A DNA stretch of 64,000 nt, taken from Tetramitus jugosus. Lineage: Eukaryota > Protista > Heterolobosea. The DNA lies in assembly GCA_937625935.1 (NCBI GenBank), contig OW569349.1, positions 604,303 to 668,302 of the forward strand, in the 5' to 3' direction. The position numbers were made by a program, and so were the translations under genes. The notes beneath the pieces are model-generated. The model was not told where the DNA came from, made no database searches, and worked only from the letters and a program-made list of their open reading frames with translations. This document shows, in pieces, positions 1 through 11,514 of this stretch. How positions within the stretch are numbered: position 1 is the first letter of the stretch; every line of letters begins with the position of its first letter.

Positions 1-2346
1 TCTTCGTACGATAAACTTGGCACCCAAAGCATCGGCATGAGAGAGCAATCCTCCACGGAATGGAGCGAAACCAGTACCAAATATCATACCGATATCCACA
101 TCTTGAGGATTGGTTGCAATACCCTCCTGAAGAATCATCGAAGCCTCATTGATCATCATCAAAACCATTCTATCAATGACATCAGATCCAGGTATCTTGG
201 TACCCTTGTATTGAGGATAGATCTGTCGTAACTTTGGATTCAATCCATCAAAGGCACCAGACACCTTTTGCGGCTTCACCTTATCAATTACGCTTGCCAC
301 CATACTCTTCTTCTCCTTCTTGTAGTTGTAAATACCTGCACCAGTCTTCTTACCTAACTGACCAGCCTCCACCATCAAACTCATTGGGAATTGATCAGCA
401 GAAGGGTCCACGATAAATCTCTCTCCCAAATCCTTCAATGTATGAGCAGAGTGAGCGGCAACATCGGCTCCGACTTCATCAATTAAACGGAATGGTCCCA
501 TTGGCAAACCAAAGTGTTTCACAATCTGATCTACTTGTTGAATATTGTATCCTTCATTCATCAATCTTTGTGCCTCGAGCAGGTAGATACCCAAAATTCT
601 ATTCACCAAGAATCCAGGTCCATCATTAACAACGATTGGTGTCTTACCCAATTGAAGAGCAAGGTTATAGCAATGCACAACTGTTTCATCGCTCGTCTTG
701 TCGCCTCTCACAATTTCAATCAATGGCATTCTGTGCACAGGGTTGAAAAAGTGGAATCCAACAACATTGGATGGATTCAAGGAAACAGATGCCAATTCAG
801 TGATGGACAAAGTGCTCGTGTTCGTACAAAAGATTTTTCCAGCATCTCTCAAAAGAGTAGCACCATCAACTCCTGGTCTGTCTCTCTGTAACTGCTTCAC
901 CCACTCTTGTTCTGTTGCTTGTAAAATCTTCTTTTTGATGGCCATGTTTTCAACAGCGGCTTCAATCACAATATCACACTTGGCCAAAGATTCCATATCG
1001 ATACCACCGCTCACATACTGCAATAGGTATTGCTTCTTGCGTTTCTTCAACAATTCCTCAATGTGTGCCATACCCTTCTGAACAAACTCCTCCTTGACAT
1101 CTTTCATGAAGACATGTGTATGCTTCTCGAGCAATTTTGATACAATCAACTGTCCAATGCCAGCACCCATGACGCCAGCACCAATCACGCCATATCTAGC
1201 AGTTGAAACGTTTGCGCCACCCTGCTTCATCACTGGTTGATAGACCTTGCTACCGAGCGCCCACTTTTCCCTCAACAATTGAGTTACTTCATCCCTGCTT
1301 GTGTTTGGCAATCTGTCCTTTTTGTAAATCTTTTTTGCGTCTTCGCTCATGAAAAAGACGGACATGAGATTCTTTGATTCCGGACTAGCTGCTGCTCTTC
1401 CAAAGTTCTCAGCCTCTTGCATGAGACTTCTTTGGTTTGGTGTTTTTGTGGCATTGTAAACAGAGTCAAGTGCCAAGTACGGTGCAGGATAACGACCACC
1501 TGTTTGCTTGTCTAAATTGGCCAGAGCTTGTTGCGCAACAATCTTTCTTCCGATATAATTGTTGTTCAATAGCTTTTCCTGAAGAGACAAATACTTGATT
1601 TGGTTGCGCTTTGGCAACGGTTTGTACAGGACACATCTCTGTGCATACTTGCGAACTTCGTTCACAAAGTGATTCTCTCCTGCCCATCGATCCGTTGGCT
1701 CATCGACAACATAGTCGACGAGACCTCTTGCCTTTGCAATCTTGGCATTGAATGTACCTCCAGGAAGGATCATTTGGAGAGCGGGACTCAATCCGATTAA
1801 CCTTGGGGTTCTGACAGTGCCACCTGCACCAGGAATCACACCCAATTTCACTTCTGGCAACCCCACTCTGCCATTGAATGACAGAACACGATAAGAGCAA
1901 GCAAGTGCTAGCTCTAGGCCTCCACCAAGTGCCAACTCATTGATGGCAGCTACAGTTGGAATAGGAAGTGCCGCCAAGCGATCAAACAGAGCTTGTCCTC
2001 TCTGAGCTGCCATCTCGCCCAACTTTGCATCATTCACCTCCTTGTAAAGCGAATGAACATCGGCGCCAACCAAAAAATTTTTCTTGTCGCTCACGATCAG
2101 ACAACCAGCAATTTTCCGATCTTTTTTGAGCAAATCGTCAATTGTATCGAGCGCAACACTCATATCTTGAACAAATTGACGGTCAATGATATTTACAGGC
2201 TTGTTCTCATTGTTTAAGTGAATTTCAAGGAGCGGATTCGATGGAGAATAAAGCAAGTAGACAGTAGGTGCATGGAGCACTTTGGTCATGGGAGCATCAT
2301 TCGTGAGCTCTTCACCACGAACGGTTACAACAACTGGAGATGACAT
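1..2346 (-). CDS. Multifunctional fatty-acid beta-oxidation enzyme (enoyl-CoA hydratase + 3-hydroxyacyl-CoA dehydrogenase; FadJ/HADHA/EHHADH-like); runs off the left edge
   Basis: Not in the ORF track because its stop lies outside the window. Manual minus-strand translation from ATG 2346 (MSSPVVVTVRGEE...) gives crotonase motifs FLVGADV, AAINELALGGGLELALAC and PEVKLGVIPGAGGT, then the NAD-binding motif VIGAGVMGAGI and HFFNP. Confidence 0.9.
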   Translation of the reverse strand, partial: MSSPVVVTVRGEELTNDAPMTKVLHAPTVYLLYSPSNPLLEIHLNNENKPVNIIDRQFVQDMSVALDTIDDLLKKDRKIAGCLIVSDKKNFLVGADVHSLYKEVNDAKLGEMAAQRGQALFDRLAALPIPTVAAINELALGGGLELALACSYRVLSFNGRVGLPEVKLGVIPGAGGTVRTPRLIGLSPALQMILPGGTFNAKIAKARGLVDYVVDEPTDRWAGENHFVNEVRKYAQRCVLYKPLPKRNQIKYLSLQEKLLNNNYIGRKIVAQQALANLDKQTGGRYPAPYLALDSVYNATKTPNQRSLMQEAENFGRAAASPESKNLMSVFFMSEDAKKIYKKDRLPNTSRDEVTQLLREKWALGSKVYQPVMKQGGANVSTARYGVIGAGVMGAGIGQLIVSKLLEKHTHVFMKDVKEEFVQKGMAHIEELLKKRKKQYLLQYVSGGIDMESLAKCDIVIEAAVENMAIKKKILQATEQEWVKQLQRDRPGVDGATLLRDAGKIFCTNTSTLSITELASVSLNPSNVVGFHFFNPVHRMPLIEIVRGDKTSDETVVHCYNLALQLGKTPIVVNDGPGFLVNRILGIYLLEAQRLMNEGYNIQQVDQIVKHFGLPMGPFRLIDEVGADVAAHSAHTLKDLGERFIVDPSADQFPMSLMVEAGQLGKKTGAGIYNYKKEKKSMVASVIDKVKPQKVSGAFDGLNPKLRQIYPQYKGTKIPGSDVIDRMVLMMINEASMILQEGIATNPQDVDIGMIFGTGFAPFRGGLLSHADALGAKFIVRR

Positions 2347-2929
2347 TGCTGTGTGTAGGAAAAGAAAAACTGTGTTTGCTTTGTTTTCGACGTCGATGGA
2401 GAATAACTTTTTCTTTTTTTTCCTGCTGGTCAGATCAAAATGTCCCGATAGTTTTTCTTGTCTGGGGTCTATTTTGATCTTTTCTCTTCCCCGTCATGAA
2501 ATCTCCATTTGGCCAAATGACAGACCAGCAAGAACTACAATGACATAAAAATCCTGCAATTCCTCAGCAGGCCAAGGTAACAATCTGTTAAAAGGGAGAG
2601 TGGCTTCTGCGAGACGTGACGGTTAACTGACTCAGATTAGATTAGGACTCAGGGGTAGTTCTATGGAATACTTCTTTTTGAATTCGATGGAGCGCGTCAT
2701 TCTCCTCCTAACTCATGAGTACTTAATTCTGAGCACCCATAACATCAGGGATCCATTCTCCATGTCTCAACACAATTTGAAACCGTTTTTTTGTAGTTGA
2801 CTAATTTGCCGAAACTTTTTTGATGTGGGTGACAAGAACGAGTGTTTGAGATCTTTATTCTTTGCCTCTTCAAAAACACGTCAAGAAAGAAAAAGCTTTT
2901 TCCAGTCGATCTAAGCTAACCTGCACAAA

Positions 2930-4207
2930 ATGGCTGATCTGTTAAAGAGTAGTGTTGAGGACATGTCCCTCGATGAAGAGTTTGAACAATACGAGTATGA
3001 GACATTACTGGTTCATGGTGATCGCGCCTTCCAACCATCAGGTGTCTATGATGTTGCACCAGCCATGCACGTCACAACAACATACACAACACCCAACCCT
3101 AGTCACTTGGTATACAGTAGAGCACACCATCCAACAAGAGTTCGATTGGAGAAGTTGTTGGGTTTCATGGAAGGTGGTCATGCCATTACCTATAGCTCTG
3201 GTTTAGCTTGTGTTTCTGCTCTCATGCAACATATTAAGCCCAGAAAGGTGTTTATTGCTGCCAAGGAAGGATACTTTGGATGTCAAGATGTGATGAACTT
3301 TTTTAAACATATTGTTGAGACATATGCTGATTCCAAAGACTCAGAACCTTTGTTCCAGGTGGTTGATTTGGAAACCTTGGATGATTTTATTGAGGAACAT
3401 GCAGGGGAACTGAGCGAGAATCAGACACCCTCTGCCACCTCAGACACTCCTGTCTCTTTCAAGAATGGCAGACAGAGTCCATATGTCATCTGGTTAGAGA
3501 CACCAAAGAATCCTTCTTGTTCTCTCGAGGACATTCAAATGTATAGCCAGAAGGCAAAGAAAATTGGGGCATTAGTTGTTGTAGATTCCACTTTTGCGAC
3601 TCCAATCTTGCAAAAACCCTTGGAGTTGGGTGCTGATTTTGTTGTCCACTCCGCAACCAAGTACCTCTCTGGTCATTCTGATGTCTTGGCTGGTGTTGTT
3701 GTGACTAAATCTGCGGAATCTTCCAAGAAGTTGCACAAGGAGCAGAGTGTCATGGGCAATGTTCTCGGTAACATGGAAACTTGGTTGTTGTTGCGTAGTG
3801 TGCGTACATTGCAAGTACGTGTCAATCAGCAATGCCAATCAGCATTGGTGGTTGCAGAGTGGTTGGAGTCCCAGATCAATAACCCTGAAACAAACTGCAG
3901 AGTGACTAAAGTGTGGTATCCAGCCCTGAAATCTTCCACCTACTACGATTTGTGTCAGACTCAAATGGGAGGAAAGGGATCTGGCATGTTATCTGTCGAG
4001 TTGGACACACCAGAGAATGCTGAAAAGTTCCCAGCACTTCTCAAGCTCATCACCGTTGCTGTGTCACTCGGAGGATATGAGTCATTGATTGATTATCGAT
4101 ATATTTGGGATCATACAGTAAGTCCACTGTTGCTCCGAATTAGCATTGGTCTCGAGAATCCACAAGACATTATCAAAGATATCAAACACGCCTTGAAAGA
4201 ACTGTAA
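2930..4207 (+). CDS. Cystathionine gamma-synthase/gamma-lyase family PLP enzyme
   Basis: 425-aa ORF with YSR..HPT, ETPKNP, DSTFATP, the PLP-lysine motif HSATKYLSGHSD, SLGGYESL and RISIGLE. Confidence 0.93.
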   Translation: MADLLKSSVEDMSLDEEFEQYEYETLLVHGDRAFQPSGVYDVAPAMHVTTTYTTPNPSHLVYSRAHHPTRVRLEKLLGFMEGGHAITYSSGLACVSALMQHIKPRKVFIAAKEGYFGCQDVMNFFKHIVETYADSKDSEPLFQVVDLETLDDFIEEHAGELSENQTPSATSDTPVSFKNGRQSPYVIWLETPKNPSCSLEDIQMYSQKAKKIGALVVVDSTFATPILQKPLELGADFVVHSATKYLSGHSDVLAGVVVTKSAESSKKLHKEQSVMGNVLGNMETWLLLRSVRTLQVRVNQQCQSALVVAEWLESQINNPETNCRVTKVWYPALKSSTYYDLCQTQMGGKGSGMLSVELDTPENAEKFPALLKLITVAVSLGGYESLIDYRYIWDHTVSPLLLRISIGLENPQDIIKDIKHALKEL

Positions 4208-4324
4208 GTCGGGATTTTAAAACTCAAAATGAAACTTCAAGATTGTAAGTAATTTGTAAGAAAAGAAACGCAAAAAAAAACAATAATTTCTCCATTCCAC
4301 ATTATCACACGAGCGAGCTTGAAA

Positions 4325-5230
4325 ATGATGCAAATGAGACGAGCACTGCTGTTCACAACAACAACAACAACAAAATGCAACACAAATGCGCAAGTTAATT
4401 CTCTTGCCACAATGATGAACAATTTGAGACCATTCCACTCCACAACCGCCACATGCAACACTGAACAATCACAACAGCAACAACAACCACAACAAAGAAC
4501 CGGAAAAGACAACAAACTAAAGATGAAGAGATCCATTTTGGAAGAATCGCAGAATCACAATGAAGACATTGACCTCACCACTGAAATGCCAAGAGTGTAT
4601 GAAGGTCAGTTCGAACCATCGAGACATCACGTCAAGCACGCACAAAAATCACCCGATGACAAGGAAAGCAGATTCATGTATCCAATGAGACTGGACAGAC
4701 ATGACAACCCTGTTTTCAATTACTCAAAATTCACCGCTTACAACAAGGCAAGATACCCTGCCATTGAAACGAACAAGGTTGTGATTCCAAAGAAGCCAAG
4801 ACATCCATACTCACCACCTACTCTGGATCAAGTTGACAAATTGATGGAGTTTAGAAAGGGTGTTGATTCGGATGATTTGATTGCATCGCGTGCCTCTCCA
4901 CTCGTTCGTCAAGTTCTCTCCTGGAACAATGCATCACAACCAGAGTTGAACAGCAGAGCAAAGCAAATTGCAGTCAAGAGATTCCAGTTGCATCCAAGTG
5001 ATCACGGTTCTGCTCCAGTGCAGATTGCTGTCATGACTGAGAGAATCAAGTACTTGACAAGTCACATGCAAGTGCACAAGCAAGACAAGTACACGGCAAG
5101 AAGACTTCAAATTTTGATGAACAAGAGGAAGAGAATGATGCAATACTTGAGGAAGAGAAACCCAGAACAGTACTGGAAGGTCATGAGAGGATTGGACGTC
5201 AAGGTCAAACAACAAATGTCTGCCTTCTAA
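4325..5230 (+). CDS. MRPS15: Mitochondrial ribosomal protein uS15m
   Basis: Presequence-like N-terminus. C-terminal S15 domain DHGSAPVQIAVMTERIKYLTSHMQVHKQDK...KRKRMMQYLRK. Confidence 0.9.
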   Translation: MMQMRRALLFTTTTTTKCNTNAQVNSLATMMNNLRPFHSTTATCNTEQSQQQQQPQQRTGKDNKLKMKRSILEESQNHNEDIDLTTEMPRVYEGQFEPSRHHVKHAQKSPDDKESRFMYPMRLDRHDNPVFNYSKFTAYNKARYPAIETNKVVIPKKPRHPYSPPTLDQVDKLMEFRKGVDSDDLIASRASPLVRQVLSWNNASQPELNSRAKQIAVKRFQLHPSDHGSAPVQIAVMTERIKYLTSHMQVHKQDKYTARRLQILMNKRKRMMQYLRKRNPEQYWKVMRGLDVKVKQQMSAF

Positions 5231-5525
5231 TCTCTGGGAGAGAAAACAATAAAATTTACACATAACTATTCACACAGTATGGATGATATCATTCTTTCAT
5301 CTTCCGACACCGCACCCAATCCAAAATTGTTGCTTCCGCATGATGGTGACGTAGGGGAAACCTCCCAACTTCGAAAGCACAACTTTCCGTGTGTTGCCGA
5401 CAAAAAACATTTCGACTTCCAAAACAAACAACTCCCACCACCACAGCTCTGTACAACAAACATTACCCATACCCACTATACCACCCCCTTTCTCACTAAT
5501 TTTTTATTATTAACATCTATTGACA

Positions 5526-8500
5526 ATGAGTTTCTTTGGTTTTGGAGGAGCTGCAAAAAAGCAAGGCACCCCATCGAGTACTGGTAGCCCAAGTGACTCT
5601 GTGGACACATCCAAGTTGATATCACCAGTTTATGACACTGGAAGAAATGTTGATGGTTTGTGTCAAGCTATTGCCGTTTTTTTTGATTCGATTGTTGATG
5701 TTTTTTTTGTGTCCATTTACGATAATGTTGATAAGCTAACAACGGATGGTTGTGTTTTTTTTATTGTTGACAGATATTGTATTGGGACTGTTGAACACAT
5801 TGAACGATAGTGAAGCTGCTGTTCGAAGCTTGATGCACAAGAGTTTGTTACAAATTGGAGACAATGAACCAGTGTTGGTCTTGTCAAAGTCTCTTGGTTT
5901 CCTGAACAAGCTTTCAAAGTCTCAAAAGGGTCATCGTGTGCTTGTCATGAACATGATGAGTGAGTGCTTGGACAAGAATGTCGAGCTAAAGTTGCCTGAC
6001 GATTTAGCAACAGGATTGGTGATTATGAGTGTGTTGGAAATTGTAGCCGAAAAGGTTTGTTTTTATTTTTTTTATATCAGCGAAGCTTTTCATGTGCAAA
6101 TGCTATTGTGTGTGTCTGTTTTTTTTAACTGTAAAAACTGTGATTGATGACTAACCATTGATGACTTTTGTTGTGTGATATTGAGAACAGTCCATTTCAT
6201 CAGAGTGGCAGAATGCTGCTTGTAAGCTGCTGATCAGTTTGTCCAGATTGGCTCCTGATATCGTAGCAAAGCAATTGTTGGAGAGATTTCCATCGACTTC
6301 TCCTCCTCACTACTTTATTGTGAAGGCGTTTGCTGATTTTGCGTACACTTATCGTATGTCTCTCATTTTTTTTTCTCGTTTCACATTCAATATGGATTGT
6401 TTGTTGTTAACGCTTTAATTGTGTAATGATACTTTTTAGCACACTTGTTCTTGCCTCATTGCAAGGAAGTTGTGAGTAGATCGTTGCCTATATTGGCCTC
6501 TTTGAAACAGGATAATCTGAAATGGGTGTTCTGTGCTGGTTTGGGAAGATGGGCAGAAGCTGTTGTTCGATGCAAGAAGGAAAGCAAGAACAATATTCCA
6601 ACTTCAGAGTACTCATCGGCAATGCACGCTGCCATTAAGCACATGTTGAACGATTGGTTAGTGATTAGAGAGCCAAAGATTCGATTGGCCGCATCTGAAG
6701 CGATTGGTTACATGTCACACATTATTGAAACAAATCATTTGAACGAGTTGTTGAAGCCGATTATTGCTGGACTTTTGGGAATGATGAGAAAGGAAGCAAA
6801 GGGAGAACAGTTACCTGTGACTATCGGTTTGAAGAATGTTATTTATGTAGTAGTAAGAGATTGCTCTGCTAGTCTCAGCGAACACTTGGAAATTTTGATG
6901 AAGGAATTGATGAGTTATTTGCCTGGAGCAGTCAAGATAGAAAACACGTCACAAAAGGCCAAGCAGAATCTGCACGAGTTGTTGAGTTGTTTCGAATATA
7001 TTGGTAAGCAATACACGGATCAGGTGGTGAGCTTCTTCCAGAGACATACAGAGTCAAAGGAACCACTTGTTAAATTGACTGTGTTGCGTGCCTTTAAACA
7101 CATGGTATCGAATTTAGACATTGAACTTGCGAGCTACAAGGATGTCCTTGTGTCGGGATTGAAATTGTTCACACAGTATGAAGACACAAAGATTCATTTG
7201 GAGTATGCCCGCCTCATTCACGAGATGGCAAAGCACAATTATCTGCAGTCGCTTGGTGGTACAGATCTAGTGACCGTTGTGATTCAGGGTGCTTCTATTT
7301 CTGACGATGCCATTGCCAGACAAGCAAAGTCGCCTCAACCTATTCCTAGCCCTACATTGGAGGAGTTGCGCACAGAATGTGATGATATTTTGTCTGATTT
7401 TGCATCTGATTTGGGCGAGTACATGGATCCTGTTTTGTGGCCGTTCCTTATGGAGCATCTGATTCCTTTCGAGCGCACAGCCTCATTCTCCATTCTTTGC
7501 AAATGTATTTCTGATATTGCCAAGAGGAAGAAGAATGATGATGATTTTATCATTGATTATGATAGAACTGTGAATGTGCCAAAGCCAAATCAACTCTTAG
7601 CGAGATTAATTATTATGTTGAACGAGCCTTTTGGTAGAAATCAACCTGGTGTAAATATTCTGCGTGCTCTCTATTGCTTGTCTCCCAATATCCACCCTGA
7701 TCTTGTGGAGGTTTGGAGCAAGTCACTTCCAAAATTGAAGAGATATCTTGATTCTGAGGATTCTTTCAATCAAGACCAATGGGAAAATTATTTATTAAGC
7801 TTGGTACGTGATAGTATCGATGCTGTCAACGATGACAGCTGGTCTGTTCAGTTCGGTGATGCATTGTTGGAGCAAATGAGGCTTTATACTGGCATGAGAA
7901 GTTTCAAGAAGACCTTGCTCAGCATTCTTGGTCTCGTCATTCAAAAGACCAATCTCAAGGAGTTTATTCATAGAGCAGTTGGTGAGCTCTTTGATGGCAC
8001 AGACCACGCAAGCGATATTGAGAGATTAGGTTGTGCCAGAGGTTTGGGACAGGCTGCTGCCGTGAATACTGACGTTGTTTTGACAAAACTCCAAACTATG
8101 GTCAAGACACAGGAGAAGAAGCAATCTGGTGGCTGGTTCTCCAGTAAGCCTACTGGTCCATCCGTCGGTGGTGGTGCCAAGGCATCCGCTCTTTTGACCT
8201 ATGGCTATGTGACCATGCTTACCCCTACCGATTTGATTACTTCCAGAGTTGAGGTCCATATCATCAACAATATCTTGCCTGTGTTGCAAGGACCTGCATC
8301 CTTGGAGGTGAAAGAGAATGGATTGCGTGCGATTGATTTGATTGGTAAGGCTGTTCATCCAAACAGATTGGAAAAATTTGTTCTCAAGTCCAGAGACGAC
8401 TTGATCAAGGTCATTTTGAGCATTATGAATCCTCCAGCAGAACCTAATGCAAAACCTGATCCTAATGTCCACAGACTGAGAAGTTTAGGCTTGGAAGCTC

Positions 8501-10830
8501 TTTCTACGCTCATTGGCTTACCTCTAACGATTAATATCGATGTTCAAACAGCTGTTCTCAATGGCACCTTGAACATTTTTAAGACGAACATTGACGATAA
8601 GACAACTGAGGAATTGCTCATTCAAAATCTGGATGCCATGCTCAACGCAATTCTCATTGCTGAGCCAACTCAAGGAACCCTTGATGATTTATTGAGGGCT
8701 CTAGAGCCATATCTTCGATCTCGAAACGAGTTGGAAAGATCTCGTGCAGCATCCACCTACGTAGTGCTATTGAAGGACTTTGCTAGAATTATCTCTGAGG
8801 AGAAACCAGACAATGATGCATTGAATTCTTGTGGCAGAATTGTTGCAAAGCTTGTCCCTAGAATTACAGAGAGCAATATCGATGTTCGAATGGCCAGTAT
8901 TGATGGTATCTATGTTGCTCTGAGAATTCACTATTACCTCAAGTTGGGAACTGGAACTGAATTGCCAGAGCACATTCAGAAACTTGGTCCTTTGAGAGCT
9001 AAACTCGATGTCAGTGAGCCTATGGAATTATTCGCTGTTGCAAAGGAGCTTGCTGGAATTCTTACCGAAGCAATTGATGCTGCTCACTTTGCTACTGTGA
9101 TTGAAGCGCTGCTTGATACGTTGGATGATGTTGAGATTGATGGTGCTAATGGATCTTGTGTTATCTTAAATGGCTTGATCAGAACTCGTGGAAGCGAGCT
9201 CGAGAATGAAACTGTGAAGTTTGTGAAGAAGATTATTGAGATCATGGCTCAATTAAAGGACAGAGAGCAAATTGTTACTGGCTTGTTGCATGCAATTCGT
9301 GGATTTGCCAGAAACTTCTCACTTCCAGTGATAAATGCGCTCATTGCCATGCCTGTGCCACATTCAACTGAGGTTATCAAGGCATTCCAAATTCTTGCCA
9401 CAGATCCTAAATTAGTGTACATATTGATGGACCATTTGCTCGATATTATCAACAACTCACAATTGTATGAGGAGAAGAAAAAGGGAGGTGAAAGCAAGAT
9501 TGAACTCATTCCAACACACAATCCAAAGTCCTGCACATGTGCTTTGGCAGAAGTATTGGATGTCCCAACCACCAACAGGATTGCACTTGAATATTATCCA
9601 AAGATTGTCATGACAACACTTTTGAGATTAGGTTCAGCTAATGCTATGACAACCGATCCACCAGCAAAGGACAGTCAAGTTGCCCTCAAAAACTTCTTTA
9701 CTTGCACAGAAGACGAAGAAATCTTGAAGAAAATTGAAAAGGCAGAGCTATTCCCAAAGATGATTGGCAACGAGTATGCCGATGCTATTCAAGACACATT
9801 GCATATTGTGTGTACTGCTCATCCAGAACACATCCCAGCCATGTTTGAATTCTCCAAGCAATTCATCTCAAGAACATTTATTGGCCATCGTATTCCTGCT
9901 ACTTGCATCGTTTCTGTTCTCCTTTACCATATGAAGAACGACAGAGATATGATTTATGCAGCTATCAATGCATTGCTTGGAAGATCCGGTACTGATGAGC
10001 AAGTTGTTGTCAAGCTACACGCTCTAAGAGGATTGGCAAATTTGACTCAACATCCAAAGGATGTCATGCACAGATACGTGACTCCTGTCGTCGGTGCTAT
10101 GATTGCCAATCTCGAAGACTTGGACGAATCTGTCATTATGCAAGCCATGAAGAGTGTTAGTCAAATCTTTGAGGTTGCAGAAGATGAATTCATTGCGCCA
10201 CTATTGCTCAACTTGTGTGTACGATTAAGACCTTCATTCGAGAAGAGTAATCCAATTATTCGGGAGGCTTCCATTCAACTCTTTGGTTCTCTTGCTCGTT
10301 TCTGTCAAGGTGTACTCAGCGATACTCTGATTAATAATATTCACAACAACTTGCCAACAATTTTGTTGCACTTGCAAGATAATGATGTGACAGTTGTACG
10401 AACATGTAAGAAGGCATTAAGACAACTCGTTGCAGAGCTAGGATCAAAGCCTTTGATTGAATTGTTTGATTGCGAGCAATTGGATGTGAAATCCACACCT
10501 GAACAAGATGCAAAGGCATCATTGCAATTAGAACTCGTAGACTTTGACGAATTTTCTGAGAAATTTGCTGCTGTCTGGGTGAAGGAATTCCCTGACAGAA
10601 TCAGTGATATTGTGATGAATTTAGTTGTGTTCTTCAAGAGTGATTGGGCTGGTGTGACTGCTGGCTCATGTTTGATTACCGGCCACATTATTGCCAAGAT
10701 TAACTCTGATCAGAAGCAAAGAGTGAATCTCAGACATACATGCACATCAATGGTTGCTCTTCTCAAGTCGCCTAGCGCACTCATTCGTGAAAAGGTTTCC
10801 ATGGTCTTGGGTCTCATGTTTGAGGCCTAA
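5526..10830 (+). CDS. MROH1: Maestro HEAT-like repeat protein (MROH1-like); exons 5526-5655, 5774-6054, 6191-6353, 6440-10830
   Basis: Long HEAT-repeat ORF with LWPFLMEHL and GCARGLG. Three introns (GTTTGT/GTATGT...YAG) join the upstream short ORFs in frame. Confidence 0.8.
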
Positions 10831-11514
10831 AAGCAATCTCCAAACACTAGAATCATCAAATAAACGTAAAATGCAAAAGTCCTTGAACTGGCTGTCATGT
10901 CACAACCATCACCCAAAATCTTCAAAGGATCACTTTTGGTCAATGCCCCGCACAGTCCGCATCACTCTAAAAATATGATGTCTAAGAAGGAGGAGAATCT
11001 TCTTCAATCAAGCAATTTTGCATGATGTGATCTTTGTTCTCAAGTGGCTGCGTATTTTTAAATTATTTCAGTTCCAAGTATTATAGAGGGAGAACAGCAA
11101 GGCAAGACGGCAACACCATCAACAACACAAATAACAATACCAAAACACGACAACAACTGTTGATCTTCAACTCTCTCTCTGTACAGCTAACACACAATTT
11201 CTTTTTGGTGAGGTAAGTTTTTCTGTTCGAATCTTTTTTCACACGTGTGAGTCTCAAAGGAAAACAGAGAGAGCGCTACAAAGCAAGAATAGCTCTGTCT
11301 CTCCTTTTGGATTCTCCTTCTCATCATTATGATGAACCTCACTCACACTTATCGTTCATATATGTATCTCTCTGCATTTCTCTTTTTCATTTCTTCTCCC
11401 ACAAACAGAGTCAGTGAACGAACGAACAACAACAACTTGATCAAAAAGCAAAGAACAACAACAAATCATCATATTTATAACAACTAACAACAACAAATAA
11501 CAACAAATAACAAC

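Noticed and set aside
37-2548. Several short + strand ORFs
   Set aside because: They are antisense shadows of the long minus-strand multifunctional enzyme gene.
2580-2765. Possible box C/D snoRNA (CTCAG/CTGA motifs) between divergent genes
   Set aside because: No canonical C box, terminal stem or convincing rRNA guide. More likely a bidirectional promoter.
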